The notes under the pieces: generated by a model | The model's input: the letters and a program-made list of their open reading frames with translations, nothing else | What the model was told of the DNA's origin: nothing | Databases searched by the model: none | Made by a program: the position numbers and the translations under genes | Origin: Balanoglossus misakiensis | Taxonomy: Eukaryota; Animalia; Hemichordata | DNA: 64,000 bases | Reading direction: 5' to 3' | Assembly (NCBI GenBank): GCA_040954595.2 | Contig: CM082583.2 | Location: 12,562,987-12,626,986, forward strand | Shown here: positions 12,580 through 25,531 of the stretch, one piece after another | How positions within the stretch are numbered: the stretch's first letter is position 1 | How the letters are laid out: each line of letters starts with the position of its first letter

Positions 12580-15500
12580 ATGATCAAGCAAATCTACTAC
12601 ATCATTTACACCACCATCAATCTAGTTAGCGTGTTCGCCACAGGTAGGACATTCTTATTGTGGTTTTTGTTTCTAATGAGGCTAAACTGATTTGAAGGGG
12701 ATTGATCAATGATTTCCTAAAATGTCGAGCCACAATTTGCTAAAATAGTAGGATACACGATGTCAACAGGCTGTGGTCACTTTGAAAACTATATGGTATA
12801 TCTAGTGCCATAACGGGTGAACAGTTAAACTATTAGGACACTGAGTTTCAACAGATCCAAGGATGACGTATATGAACAATAAATCCTCGTGTGTGACAGA
12901 ATAAGCAAATAATCTGCCGCTTTGACATGAAGTATACTGGGGTGCCATCTTCTATGACGTCACTTTAACGTCCGTTTCCTGTCATTTCATTTCCCAGATT
13001 GGAGTTACTACGGCGAGACAGGTGAGTGACCTGTGACCAAGTTAATAGCTGAAACATGCAAAATAATCGTCACACACCTTATGAAAGACGTATAAGCTTC
13101 AGTCTTGTTTTATTTTATTTTTTGAATAAGACAACGCGTGTGAGAGACAATCGAGAAATAGGAGAAGATTGTCCAGGTAAATGTGATGGATGAGGTAGTT
13201 ACCATTACTGCTCTGTGTACATGTACTTGAGAAGAATGAATAACATGTTACATTCCACAGCTCATCGACAATCTCGTTTAGCAACAACTCGCGTTCGTTT
13301 GTTTATTTGTTGGTTTTTAGATGTTGACTTAAGTACTCTGCGCCATCGTTGTCGACCGATTGGCTTACAGCTTTTGTGTGATCGTGGACGGGGTTCTACA
13401 GTAAGATTTCGTGTTGCAATTATTAAGCTGGGGATGAAAGTTCGACTGAGTGATTCTTCCCAGTTGTGATAATGAAATTGGTATTATTTATGACCACAAT
13501 ATCTAAGAATTCTCGAAACCCGTCGGCATCACCAAGGACACAATCCAATTTCCAAATTCTATGTGAACTGACAAACTCCCTTTTTAAAAAAGGTTTGATA
13601 CGTAACGCAAGTTGTTGGTTTCATGAACTCCGAGAAAGAAGATCTCAATTACTTTTTACACTTCTTTTTTTTATCCCGCAGGCCCAGACCAATGGTCCGA
13701 ATTATATCCGACGTGTGGGGGCGATACACAATCACCCATTAACATCATTGAGTATGATGCTGTGAAAGAACAAATGACAGATTTTCTGTTCGTTGGTTTT
13801 GATGGCATGCCGGAACAGGCTCGCTTGCATTTACAGAATGACGGACACACAGGTGAAAATGAAGTTGATATTTCAGTGTTTCTGTGGTTAAACTACATTG
13901 TACATGCCCCTTAATTATCTTTGTGGTGATAATTATTTGTGAAAAAATGTGCATGTACTGCTCTGATGTCCCATGCTTGACTTCTCCCAAGCAAATTCAG
14001 TTCGCAAATTAAATAACAATTTCATATTCACTCCAGTAAAGCTTAATGTAATCGGGAAATTTTACGTGCTCGGAGGAGGGTTGCCCGCGAAATACAAACT
14101 AGTGTTTCTGGACTTCCACTGGGATAATCTTGGTATTCGTGGGTCAGAGCATGCGCTGAATGGCGTCAAGTATCCGGTCGAGGTAAGCTCCTAACAAAAG
14201 GGAAATATAGTAAATACTAGAATCTCACACCCTTGATCATTGTTGATATAAGTGGTTTTGAAAGGCGGAAAACATGGATACTGTACTTTCAGCCTTGGGA
14301 GATATCTCAGAGTGTTCGAGGGTCGGGTGTACCTCGCAACTTTCCTTCGTAATTTAGAAGGAAGTCACAATGCTATTGAACACACATTTTCCTTCTCCGT
14401 CATAGATGCACCTGGCTGGCTACGACGCAGACAAATACAAGGATTTCGATGAGGCGAAACGCCATCCCCAAGGGGTTGCAATACTTAGTACTTTTATTCA
14501 GGTAGGCCTACTGCAGGTTTTATCTCATTGCAGCTTTCTGTTTCAGACCAGCGGGTGACACAGTGGATTTCTGCGTTTCTGCTGCTACAAGTGATCGTTG
14601 GCGGCGTCTATCTCCGTGACTCTCATTGTGTGCACGAAGGAATATGCACCTTCAGACCCCAGTACTTATCATGTGCAGTATACATACTGATTCATTTTGC
14701 GTAATTTGGGTCTGAGCGCGCTCCTAAATGATGTACTCCAATCTGTGACTTCAATATATTTTTCATTCTCAGGTCGGAGGCGATGATAATGAAGAGTTTG
14801 AACAGCTGTTAACAGGTTTTGAACATGTCATATATAAAAGTAAGTTCTGACTTTAATTTGTGTTATGAAAATTTCAGCGTTACATATTAGTTAATTCAGT
14901 TTTTACTTATGAACGTCACATATTCGACGTCTCTCTCTCCGTCTCTCTCTCCCCATCTCTCTCACTCTCTCTCGTACTCTTTCTGGTAAACGATCAACCG
15001 ACCAACCCACAGACCAGACTTTCAAGTATCCTGAACCATTCCCAGTTTTACCGATGATTTCCCGTGACAGGACAAGCTTCTTCCGTTACAAAGGCTCACT
15101 AACAGCACCCTCATGCGAGGAAGCCGTCGTATGGACAGTCTTTCGAGAACATCAAAGAATATCACAGAGCCAGGTATGCATAGAATTGCGCTACTTCTGC
15201 CCTGAGTCCAATAATATATAAATTGCTTTCAAATTCAAATTCTCATCCACACCCCCAGACAAAATGTTGCAGCATATACCGTAGATTTGAACGTTGTTAT
15301 ATCAAAAATGGTTATTCTTTGATAACATAATATGTTCACTTCACGTTTTTTGTCTTCAATTCCACAGTTCAATAAGTTCTTGTCTCTGAAAGCGACCAAT
15401 CAGGAAGCCTCCGTTGATGTCCCGCTTGGTGACAACTACCGCCCTCTCCAGGCGACGGGAAACAGACAAGTTTACAAACGGGTTGAGGAAGGAAGTACGG

Positions 15501-15580
15501 GAACAACTTGCTTCAACGGAAAGAAAACCGTGATCTTAATATCAGTTGCGACCGCCATCAGGTTGATCTTCATTTTCTGA
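12580..15580 (+). CDS. Extracellular, probably GPI-anchored alpha-carbonic anhydrase (CA4-like) with His94->Asp zinc-ligand change
   Basis: Signal exon MIKQIYYIIYTTINLVSVFAT, then DWSY, QSPINI, NDGHT, FLDFHWD..GSEH, YPVEMHL, RYKGSLTAPSCEEAVVW and DNYRPLQ. Hydrophobic C-terminus TVILISVATAIRLIFIF*. Confidence 0.9.
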
Positions 15581-16615
15581 CAATATTTATCAGTATTTTT
15601 AAAAATGTTTATTTTACACGTTTATTATAATGATAATTGTGTTGCATTTGTAACCACAGAACACAGCGCACTAACCTTTATTGATAAAAACCTGCTCATA
15701 ATTATTGTGAAATTAAGGTGAAATTGTAGATAATGGGTCCAGATATGAAAAAGTCATTAGTACAAACAGATGACGTTTGTGTACCCCTCAACTTGTACCA
15801 AACTGTTGGGATTTGACCTCGAACACCCCCCCCCCCCCCATATCTTCCGCTCAACATTGCGTCATGCAGATATAGTGTGTGTTGACTTCCAAGGGCATTG
15901 ACAATTTATCATAACACCTTAATCAGGTATGACGAGCTGTAACTCACTAGGATATGATGTCACTATTGCGACCTTTACTCGTGTTTATTTGATTAGTGTA
16001 AGGTCGGTAGAAAACACCTGTGTGGTTTATCTAGAAACTCATCATGTGACGTGAAAATAGTACATATGGGTTTTCACGAATTAGTCAGGTGATGCCCATC
16101 AGACACGATGAGAAAGGCTTTATGTGGACTTTGTGTGCATGACCTTTTCACAGAAAAGTGCAGTCTAAAGACTAGAGTTCTAGAGGCCCGGCTTGAAAAA
16201 GGGAAATTTGATAAAATCTGCTACAAAATAGAATTTCGACCCGTACATAAAATCACCATTTGGTATTATTTTGGTTTATTCTTATTTTAATATGAAAAAG
16301 TATTTTGAGCGATTTCAATGATGATATGATGGATGTATCGATGAGAATTTAAATAATACATTTTTGAAAACTTGCTTTGTGTGGATCACATTTTCGAAAT
16401 TCAAAATTTTTACAGCGATTTATCAATAATAAATAATTTTTCATCTCAGATTTAGTAAGTGCCGAATTATTACTGCGTTTTATACAGGCAAATTCCTGTT
16501 TAAAACAAAAGACTGTATTTTTAAGGTAGAATTCAAGAATTGTCAGAAAAATACGAGTTCTGAAAGCGTTTTGAGTACTGCATCGTCTAAACGATTTTGC
16601 ACACTAGGCCATTGT

Positions 16616-16657
16616 TAGCCTGGTTTCCATAAACATATTAGTATGGAGACCAGGCTA
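16616..16657. repeat. Short inverted repeat (MITE-like remnant)
   Basis: TAGCCTGGTTTCCATA ... TATGGAGACCAGGCTA: 16-bp arms with one mismatch, TA at both ends. Confidence 0.55.
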
Positions 16658-17116
16658 CTTGATGGTAAGCGCGGGGTTCCCCTTTTCAGTCACACAGGCC
16701 TTGACCTGCATGACGCATTCTTGTTTTCCTCTGGCTGAGCAGATAAAATGGCGTTGTGCTTCACGTTAAAGACATGTTGCCAGTGTGTGCAATACCCTGC
16801 CCTGTACGAGTATTCTGGTCAGCGAAAAATTTTGTAGCTTGTCAGGGCAATGGAAGGAGGAAAAGCATGGGCTCTGAACCAGGTTTCATGGCGTCATCGA
16901 CGGGCGTGACCTTTGCCCTGTTGAGAACAAAAGTGAAATGTGACCTGACCCGGTGTGACCTCCAACTGAAGGACTTTATTATATAGCTCTATACGTCACT
17001 ACTAACAATAGCCACCATTGCGGTAGAGAGCAGTGGTGTACAACAGGCAGCTCACAGGGAACGACAGAAATAAGCGCCATATTTAGTACTTTACCCGTCA
17101 ACACCTACCCGACAGG

Positions 17117-19803
17117 ATGAAGATTATGCTATGTTTCGCCTTCTTGGCTGTCCTTTTACGGCAAACATCGTCACGTAAGTTTTGTGTGAGACGGTGAACC
17201 GTCTTATAGCCTCGCAACACAAAATCGACACATGATATATATACTTTCTCAATGTTACGCTTCAGTGAGTGTGCTGGCGTCGTTTTACCTGATTTAACCT
17301 GCGACACGTACATTACTGACTGACTGACATGATTTTATTTCTGCGTGAACATGTTTGTGATATAACTTCATGTAAACTAGTGTTGGATCACATTTGTTCA
17401 ACAAGTACACACAACACCCATGACCACCATCCAAACATTATTCGTTTATGACCTTGTATTTTGCTGTTTTTGCCTTTCGATATCACGGCAACCAGGTCAT
17501 AAATTTCAACGACGTTATATATCTGTCTCTTTTCTGGTTCGCGGTATAGTCTGCTGCCGTTAGTCATATTATAAGATTTATATGGAGTCACGGCCCCATG
17601 ATTTTAGTCGTAGTCCTTCAACAAACAGCCGTGCCATCGGATTATCAAGGCCGGGGACAGACCTATCAACAAAACCTATTTACGTAACAATAACATAAGC
17701 CAACTCTGTACCACGAAGTAAAAGGCGTCACCGTACCCTACATCTGATTTTAATCAGATTGGTCTGAAGCTAGATCAGACCTACATGCAATACTATCATG
17801 ATGAGAACTCAGTGCATTCATTGCTTAGTAAATTTTTACAATGACCAGAAAAACATATAGTTTGCAACTTTAAAAACAATTCTAAATAGTGAGGTCCAGA
17901 TATGAGTCTTCAGATTCTTCTTGGTATAACATTTGGAACATGTATTTTTATCTTGTAGTCATGGTTATAGAGCACGAACGAGCTGTCGAAGTTGGAAACG
18001 ATGTTACGTTCGAATGCATAAATGCCGCCGCCGGTCCAATAAAGTGGCTTTTTGGGGAAACCGAATTGTTTGAAAATGAACACTACATCATCACTTCCAA
18101 ATCAGGCGAAAGCAATTTAACTATTGTAGACGTGGCAATGAATGACGCTGGTGCCTATCACTGTCAAGATATGAGTGCCCAAGCAACCATCACTCTTGCT
18201 GTCTACGTCAGTAGGTGGAATTTTAATAATAGTTGTTTTTCAAACGTTTGTAAGACTTTGTCAGCTTGAACTTGTTTATGCTTTTTTGCAGGTAAAACAC
18301 AGTAATCAGGGGGATCTAGTACTTTTTGAATGAAAGACAATATTTGGACAGCCAATTGCATGTACCAGTTTGCTGGAGGCCTTGCGTTTTATGAAGAGAA
18401 TTTCCCCAATTAAACGCATTGGCACTCTGCAAACTTGCACCTCTTAGAATAACTACAACTTGTAACTGATAGATATCAATATACGTCTGTTGGTTAGGGT
18501 TCACCTAGGGTTATGACCTCACAGAATAATTTCCCTTATAAAAACATGTTAAATTATCCTCTTATCGTTTTTCTTCCGTTCTTAAGTTCCTGTAGTGGTG
18601 TTAACAAGCAACCCGTCCACTCCGCACGTCGTCCCTGGGGAAAATAGAACTTTAACGTGTGACACGTCTGCCTACGCTGATAGAGTGCAGTGGAAGAAAA
18701 ATGGAGTGGTTCTGACCGAGTCGGCGAACATCGTCATAGACAACATCAATCTCACCATCGTCAACAGTGCGCTGACAGACGCCGGTGTTTATCAGTGCTT
18801 GGTCAACATAAGTGATCTGGCGAAGAAAGATATCGTCCGGGAAGACACGTTCAATTTAATCGGTGAGGCGGAATTTTCTTGTTGCGGTTTCTTGCATATA
18901 CAACCTCACAGCTAATTTTTTATACAAAACGAAAATGTTTAGCAGGGATGTAAATAACGATTGTGCACAATCGCCAGGGTTCTTTATGGCGTTTAGGACT
19001 TCGATAATTGACAGAATACTGAAATATCTGAAAGGTCCTGCTTGGTGTGTATATCTGGCATCCTTATTATAATAAATTTTATTCTTTTTATGCTTTTAGC
19101 GCAAGTGACGGTTTTACTCACACAAAATGTGAAACTGGAGGAAGGGGAGACGGCTCGAATCGGTTGCGATGCATCCGGCTATCCCCTGCCGACCGTTGCC
19201 TGGTATAGGGACAACAAAAAGATGGACAATGACTCGGCTGATGATCGTGTCTTCATTACATACATTGTCGATGAAGACAACGAATTAGTCGTCACGTCAA
19301 AATTGAACATACGAAGGATACAGAGCGGGGATGCTGGCGAATATTTTTGTAATGCAACGAACAACCACACATCGGCTGGAGAGGTATACATGTTGCAAGT
19401 TCGAGGTGAGCGTGGCAAACAGTTTTTTTACACACTTCACTTCCTTTGAATAAGAGTACAATTTTGTCGTACATTTTCCTCATTTGTGTACCATGAAGTA
19501 AGGATACCAATTGTGTGTCTTGTATGGTATGGTTGCAGATCCACTGGCCGCTCTTTGGCCTTTCCTGGGGATAATGGTGGAAGTTATCGTACTGATAATA
19601 TTAATCCTGGGAGTGGAATTCTATCAGAAAAACAGGAATAGAGTAAGTAATTTCTACACAGCTTTTTTGAGCAAATGCTTGTACTGCCAAAAAGGGTTTG
19701 TGATAAGCACGTGTGTAAAGAACAATGATTGGTTGAAAGACTGTCATTATTGTCAACAATAACCTCTTTCTCTCTCTCTCTCTCTCTTTAGTAGAAGAAC
19801 TAA
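17117..19803 (+). CDS. Basigin/neuroplastin/embigin-family protein with three Ig domains; last exon uncertain
   Basis: Signal exon MKIMLCFAFLAVLLRQTSS, three Ig exons (DAGAYHC, DAGVYQC, DAGEYFC), and TM LAALWPFLGIMVEVIVL with the family's intramembrane Glu. Confidence 0.88.
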
Positions 19804-21054
19804 TTGGAAAGAAGATCGCGTCGGCAGAAGTGTTGTTTGTTTGGCGCCATCTTTAAGGGAAAATTCAGAATCCGTGGAAGCCGGTTGATCAAAAAGCTAT
19901 ACCATGTTTCCCTTTCAATCTGATTATTCAGAATAATTGATTTCATGAACTTACATTTAATCGGTATTTCACTCAGTACACTAAAGCCCTTTTCAGGTCA
20001 CAGACTGAAAATCAGGATGAGTGAATTTCTCGGGCGACAAATCAGTACTTGTTATTTCCTGCGGAATGAGAATTTTGGGGTTCCGCAGTTTCTTTAATCT
20101 TCACATTTATACACCATAACAAATGTTTATATTGTGCCTTTTGTTCATCTGGAACATTGCTGTGAATTATTAATCGGTTTTGGTACTGTGTAACAGTCAC
20201 TATTTTTAATATCGAGTTAGGTGGTTTTATTACCTTTAACAGACTAGGGGTTTTTACTTTGAGGAACAGTGCAGCGGCGGTTATAGTTGAATAGGGGAAA
20301 GTTTAGTTACTCCATTGTGCCGCAAACTCAGACCTGCATATAGTGTTTGTATTTATCCTCTTTTATCACTGACGTCGATTCTTCATGAAATGATGTTCGA
20401 CTGTACTAGATTGCGATGTACAATATTTTCTTTTGGGTGCAAATGAATTCACACAAGGCCATGCGGCAACCCAAAGTACCGTAGTTGGTCAAAGGGACAG
20501 TGGCACATTCGAACGCACAAACACGAGTTCAGTTATTCTACAAACAAGTGTCACAACTTCACTCGGTACAGTTTGATATTATGCAGTTCATGAAAATTAC
20601 TGGAAATGACTGAGTTTGTTTTGCAATCCAAGTTGGACTTCATGTTTCTTTGGATATGTATTTCCACTCGTAGCGAGTCGTGCACGAAAGTCACACTCGC
20701 TGCACCTATCCATTCAACCAACTAAAACTGACTTTTCAAACGGTGCATTGTACATAATATGGTATCTCCTTTGAGGCTATTTTTGTAACACATTTTTAAT
20801 CTCATACTCTGGAAGATTTATAAGCAATAAACTGGTTTTGCTAACTATACTTGAATACTTGATTTGTATTATTGATACATGATGAGATCAAGCTGTTAAA
20901 AAGTGTTAAAAAACTATACTAGATTTGTGAGTTAAAGACAAGTCGTTGGTATCAAATAGAAATAAATATCTACTGCTGAATGTTAGGGAAGATCACATTT
21001 CATGTCATCTTTCTAAACATGCCCCATTACATCTTAATGTGATGTAGAGCTCTC

Positions 21055-24000
21055 TCATAGAAACAAGGTAACCAGGGCAACCGAGAGAATCGCCCAAAGC
21101 ACAGCCATGTTGGTCGAAGCCGAGCAGATAACTGGCGGGGTGCGTTCGCTGCAGTCGTCGGGCACGTCACCGATGCAGGCGGCGTACTTCATGGCGTAGA
21201 AGATGTAAGTCTGCTCGTGGGTGGTGTGGAACAGGTGGGACATGGCACCTTTGGCGTAGATGTTGACATCCTCGCCGTCATGACCGGCCCACTTGTTGCG
21301 GATGAGAGCTTGCTGCAAGTACGATGCGGATTCTGTAAAACCAGGCGGTGAAAATATCGAGTGAGTGCGGAATGCAAGTTTATATAGGTTGGGTTATATA
21401 GCTCGGGAAAAACGTAGTAAAATGTCGTGTTGGGACATAGCTATAGTCCTGAAATACTGTACCCACCGACAAAGCCAAATGGATAACTTTTATACAAAAT
21501 GATATAGCCACAGAAAAACATAAAATTACCCGTGTCCACGTTGGTCAAATCCGGCCGATAACCGGTATAATTAATCGCCTGAAGGACAGATTTAGCCCCT
21601 GGGCCATCCGGATAAAGCAAAGTGGTAAACGGACGACCGTCCAAGTCCTTTTCGAGGTCGTTTGTCCCTATGCACGTGGGGGGAGAAAAATAATTAAGTT
21701 AGATCAGTACACTAGCTTTGCAGAGGGCTTCTGATCTTGTAGGCTCGAGTGTGCAGTGTTTTACATTCCATGTTGCATTTTGCAAACACCACGATGATCT
21801 CCAAATGTTTAGAATATGCACGCGTACATTTTGTCGATACAGACAAATTTATGGGCGGGAGCGGCTCTTACCTAAGATAGGATTTCCACGACTTGGATAC
21901 CCTAGTATGTTGAATGAAAAGCTGTGGTCGGCAGTCACGAGCGTGAGAGTATCGTCATCGCTCAGGAGGTCGCCACCCTTCTTCACTGCATCTTCAAATG
22001 CAACACCATCAACCAGAGCGTGGAATGCTTTACCGTCGTGGTGGCTGTGGTCCATTCTTCCTCCTACAATATATTGGCAGGCAGGTAGCAGCAATGATTG
22101 TAGCGGGTGCTGCTAGGTTGACTGGTGTTCGCAGCCCTACCAGTTAACCTAGCAGCATTACAGCTGACAGGCAGACAGAGAGACAAATGCTATGCTGATG
22201 TTGCAGCTTTTAAGTTTGTATCGATGGATACTAATTGGTTCAATACGATGTATACGTACCTTCAACCAGTAGAAAGAATCCTTTTCTCTCCTTTCGAAGG
22301 ATTCGGACGGCCTTTTCAACCATTTCAGCCAAACTTGGTTCGTTGGTTCTGTTTGCTTCATACTGCATGTGGCTCGGTTCAAACACGCCTGTTTCAAAGT
22401 ACATTGTACAAGAAGAAGGAGAGTCAAAATGCAGCATATACAGTAGATTGCAATTGGAGGAAATCATATTTACGTGGGGGTTTTCAATACAATATCGTCA
22501 CAGTTTGAATCTGTTCCGAGTGCTTACCGAGGAGGTAGTCTGTGTCAGCGGGGTCCACTTCATCGAAAGCCGTGCTGTTCCACACAAAAGACGCTCTTGA
22601 ACCCTCTTTCGACGCCAGCCATTCGTCGATAAGGTTCAGTCCGTCCGTGCGTTGGCCATATTTCCCCGGGTACTCAAAATCTTCGGTGGTGTTTGGCAGG
22701 AGAGTCCTTCTACCGCCCCCAAGTATCACCTGAATACAAAGAGACTCAAATTTTGTGAGTCATCTGATACTGGGGGATTTGGTGTGCATTTGAAAGCGTT
22801 CAGACTACACTGAATGATATCACCAACCCACACTCAAATCCCAAACTTGAACAACGACCATCCGTGCGCGAAGTGGTACACTTTTTGCCGGGTATTCGTA
22901 AACCCCATTGCCATACCTCTGCCTCATTACCTTCATTCTGTTGCCGGGACTATTTTTCACCAATTGGTAGGCGATGTCCTTGCAACCTTTAGCAGATTCC
23001 GAGTCCGGGATGGTGCCTTCCCAAGCACGTTCAGGAGAGTGTGCGTAGGTATTGGCCGGCGTTGCGTGTGTGACACGAGTGGTCGTCACTATACCGGTAG
23101 CTTTACCTGAAGGAAAAAAAAATCATAAATGGTGGAAGAGTCTGCTTCTCTTTGAGTTCAAAAAGTGGTCTATTACACTAAAAATTCAGTTGGGTACAAA
23201 CCGGCATCTTGGGCGAGTTTCAGGATAGAATCCACAGTTGGGTTGAGATCGGTACAGTTGCCCAGTTGAACGCGTTGGTCCATGCCGATCGTGTTATATT
23301 TGCTTTTCACGCCGCACAGATAGGCTGTTCCCGAAGCGGCAGAGTCCGTAACTTGTCGGTCGGCGCAATAGGTCTGCAGAACAATTTAAACAACAAAATC
23401 AGCTCGACAGCGAAGTCACCACATTTTACTTCTTTATTTTCAAAATATATCACCCTTACAATTTCTATAGATTAAAAAGGGAATGTTGGAGCATTATGAT
23501 TTTTCTGAAAATATTTTGCTGAGGCATGTACCACATTTAGTCCAGTTATTTGTCCCACAATTGTTTACGTGCTCGCGTTCCTTTGCTGTTGACGAAATTC
23601 TGTATTGTGATCAAGAGACGACTGAACTATAACCTTAGTATGATCGACTGCTTCTGATCACTGACAGAAGAGAACCTGTTGTAACTTGTCAATGATTTTG
23701 AACAATGGAGTGAATCGTTTGAATCGAGGACTTGTACAAAACGTCCTTGCGCTAAATACCGGTACATGTCAAATGTCTCACTGCGCGGCGCGTCTTAAAA
23801 ACTTGACACGTCTGTGTGACACTGTCCCAACAGTAGTAGGTGTAGGTCTACATATCCTTGCTTCACAAATAAAAGTCAACATTTTAACATGTGCTAATAA
23901 AAAGTTATTGCAATTTAGCATAGCCAATGAGATTGGTAATCTTATTTTTATGACCGCCACTAAATGAATATAAATGTTACCTCTTTACACTATAGAGTAC

Positions 24001-25531
24001 GTCATACATGATCGAGTCGGTCTCGTTGCGGGGAGTACAGTTGATCCTAAGGTACACCGACCCGCACAGGTCATGCATGGCGACTGGCCGATAAAACGAC
24101 TTAACATTACAGTTCATCGTTAACTGCTTTGAGACCAGTAGCCAAAACAAACAGGCTTGGTGAGGGCCTATAGTAGTAGACTACCGGTATATGAACTACA
24201 CTACTTTTTATTGGCGTGGTTGTAAAATCTCACCTTCGCCATGCCAACATTTGGGAATCTCTCGTAGTAAAGTTCGTACTCTTCTCCGCCATCGTTGTTG
24301 GGCTGCATCTGTCCCTTGTAGATCCTGGTCGCCGTAATTGTACTGATGCTGTTGCCGTCGCCAAGAAAGAGGATGATGTTCTTGGCAACATTGGTGTTCT
24401 TGGTGAGACCTAAAGCTCTCCGCAGATCGCGGTCGCCCAGATTTTGCCAGTGCTCCGGTGCTGGGTCACAAATTTCATCCCCCAAAAAGGAAAAAATATT
24501 CAATGAATTTAAAGTGTCATTGCTGGTTACTTATAAGGGAAAGTTTGTGAAGCTTAGAGTGTATCGAGCAAATGGATGTTTAATCTTGCATTTCCATTGA
24601 AAATTCCCAAAACAAAAAATGCAATTCGCAATCCGCGAAGGCCTGTGAAGCTGGAAGCATGACTCGCAGCTTTATATTCGACAAGGTCACCGTGTCGCTT
24701 CATGTGGCAATAACAACTGGTGATGTCATGGGTTCCCAACCAAACGACAACAGGTGAAACGACCTTAAAAGCATTAAAGGAGACCGTATCCAACGCTTCT
24801 GGGACACCTAAGGGGTGGAACATTTGATATCCCAAGGGGGGCTGGAAAATTAGGGAGGTAACATGATTTTTGTACATGTACCTGCAACTGGTCATGTGTT
24901 CACACTGTGATTTCTGGTATGTTTGCACTCTTTATTTGGGTCAGTTTCTTTCGCCTTACTGCTATCTTTTTTTACAATCTTCCAGACCACCCCCAGGATA
25001 CCAAATGGCCCACCCCTAACCGCAGTGTATGCTGTTTAACACTGATACACAGTAACCCAACAAAGTGACAAACAAGTCAGGGGTGAATTCACAAGATGTA
25101 GGTGGTAGACGCAAAATTGGAAAATTGGCTCGTAACGCTGAGACGCAAAATTGGAAAATTGGTTTGTTTCCTATAAGGCTAGCACCTATCCCCCTTTCAC
25201 ATCATTGTGTGCTTACACGCCAAACAAAAACGTATTTCAGCAAAACTTTTCAATTGTTGACACGATATTGTTATTCAGCTGGCTTCTCTCCAAGCTTCTC
25301 GGGCCCTGAGCGCAACACAATAGATGTCCTTATATAGAGGATACTTGATTTGAATAGATGCATTGAAGTTGTACAGGTAAAGTTGACGAAACTCACGGTA
25401 TCACCACGAAAAAATACACCCGAATGAAATTTTGGCACTTAAATGCGGTCAAGATCTCATAAATACTCACGTTGGGTGTTTGCGTGCTGGAGCAGCGCCA
25501 CCACACAAATGATAACTGTCAGACGGTACAT
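21055..25531 (-). CDS. Alkaline phosphatase, copy 1, GPI-anchored type
   Basis: Signal exon [20 protein letters not shown]; [11 protein letters not shown]; active-site DSAASGTA; [11 protein letters not shown]; [15 protein letters not shown]; VTADHS; HDGEDV; C-terminal hydrophobic GPI signal. Confidence 0.95.
22108..22157. repeat. Near-perfect 19-bp inverted repeat (hairpin) in an ALP intron
   Basis: TGCTGCTAGGTTGACTGGT-(12 nt)-ACCAGTTAACCTAGCAGCA. A similar arm (GCTGCTAGGTTTGACTG) occurs near 35099. Confidence 0.6.
24812..25016. mobile_element. MITE, PIF/Harbinger (Tourist)-like, ~205 bp, in ALP intron 1
   Basis: ~40-bp imperfect TIRs: GGGGTGGAACATTTGATATCCCAAGGGGGGCTGGAA versus the reverse complement of TTCCAGACCACCCCCAGGATACCAAATGGCCCACCCC. 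Flanked by TAA on both sides (24809-11, 25017-19). Confidence 0.7.
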
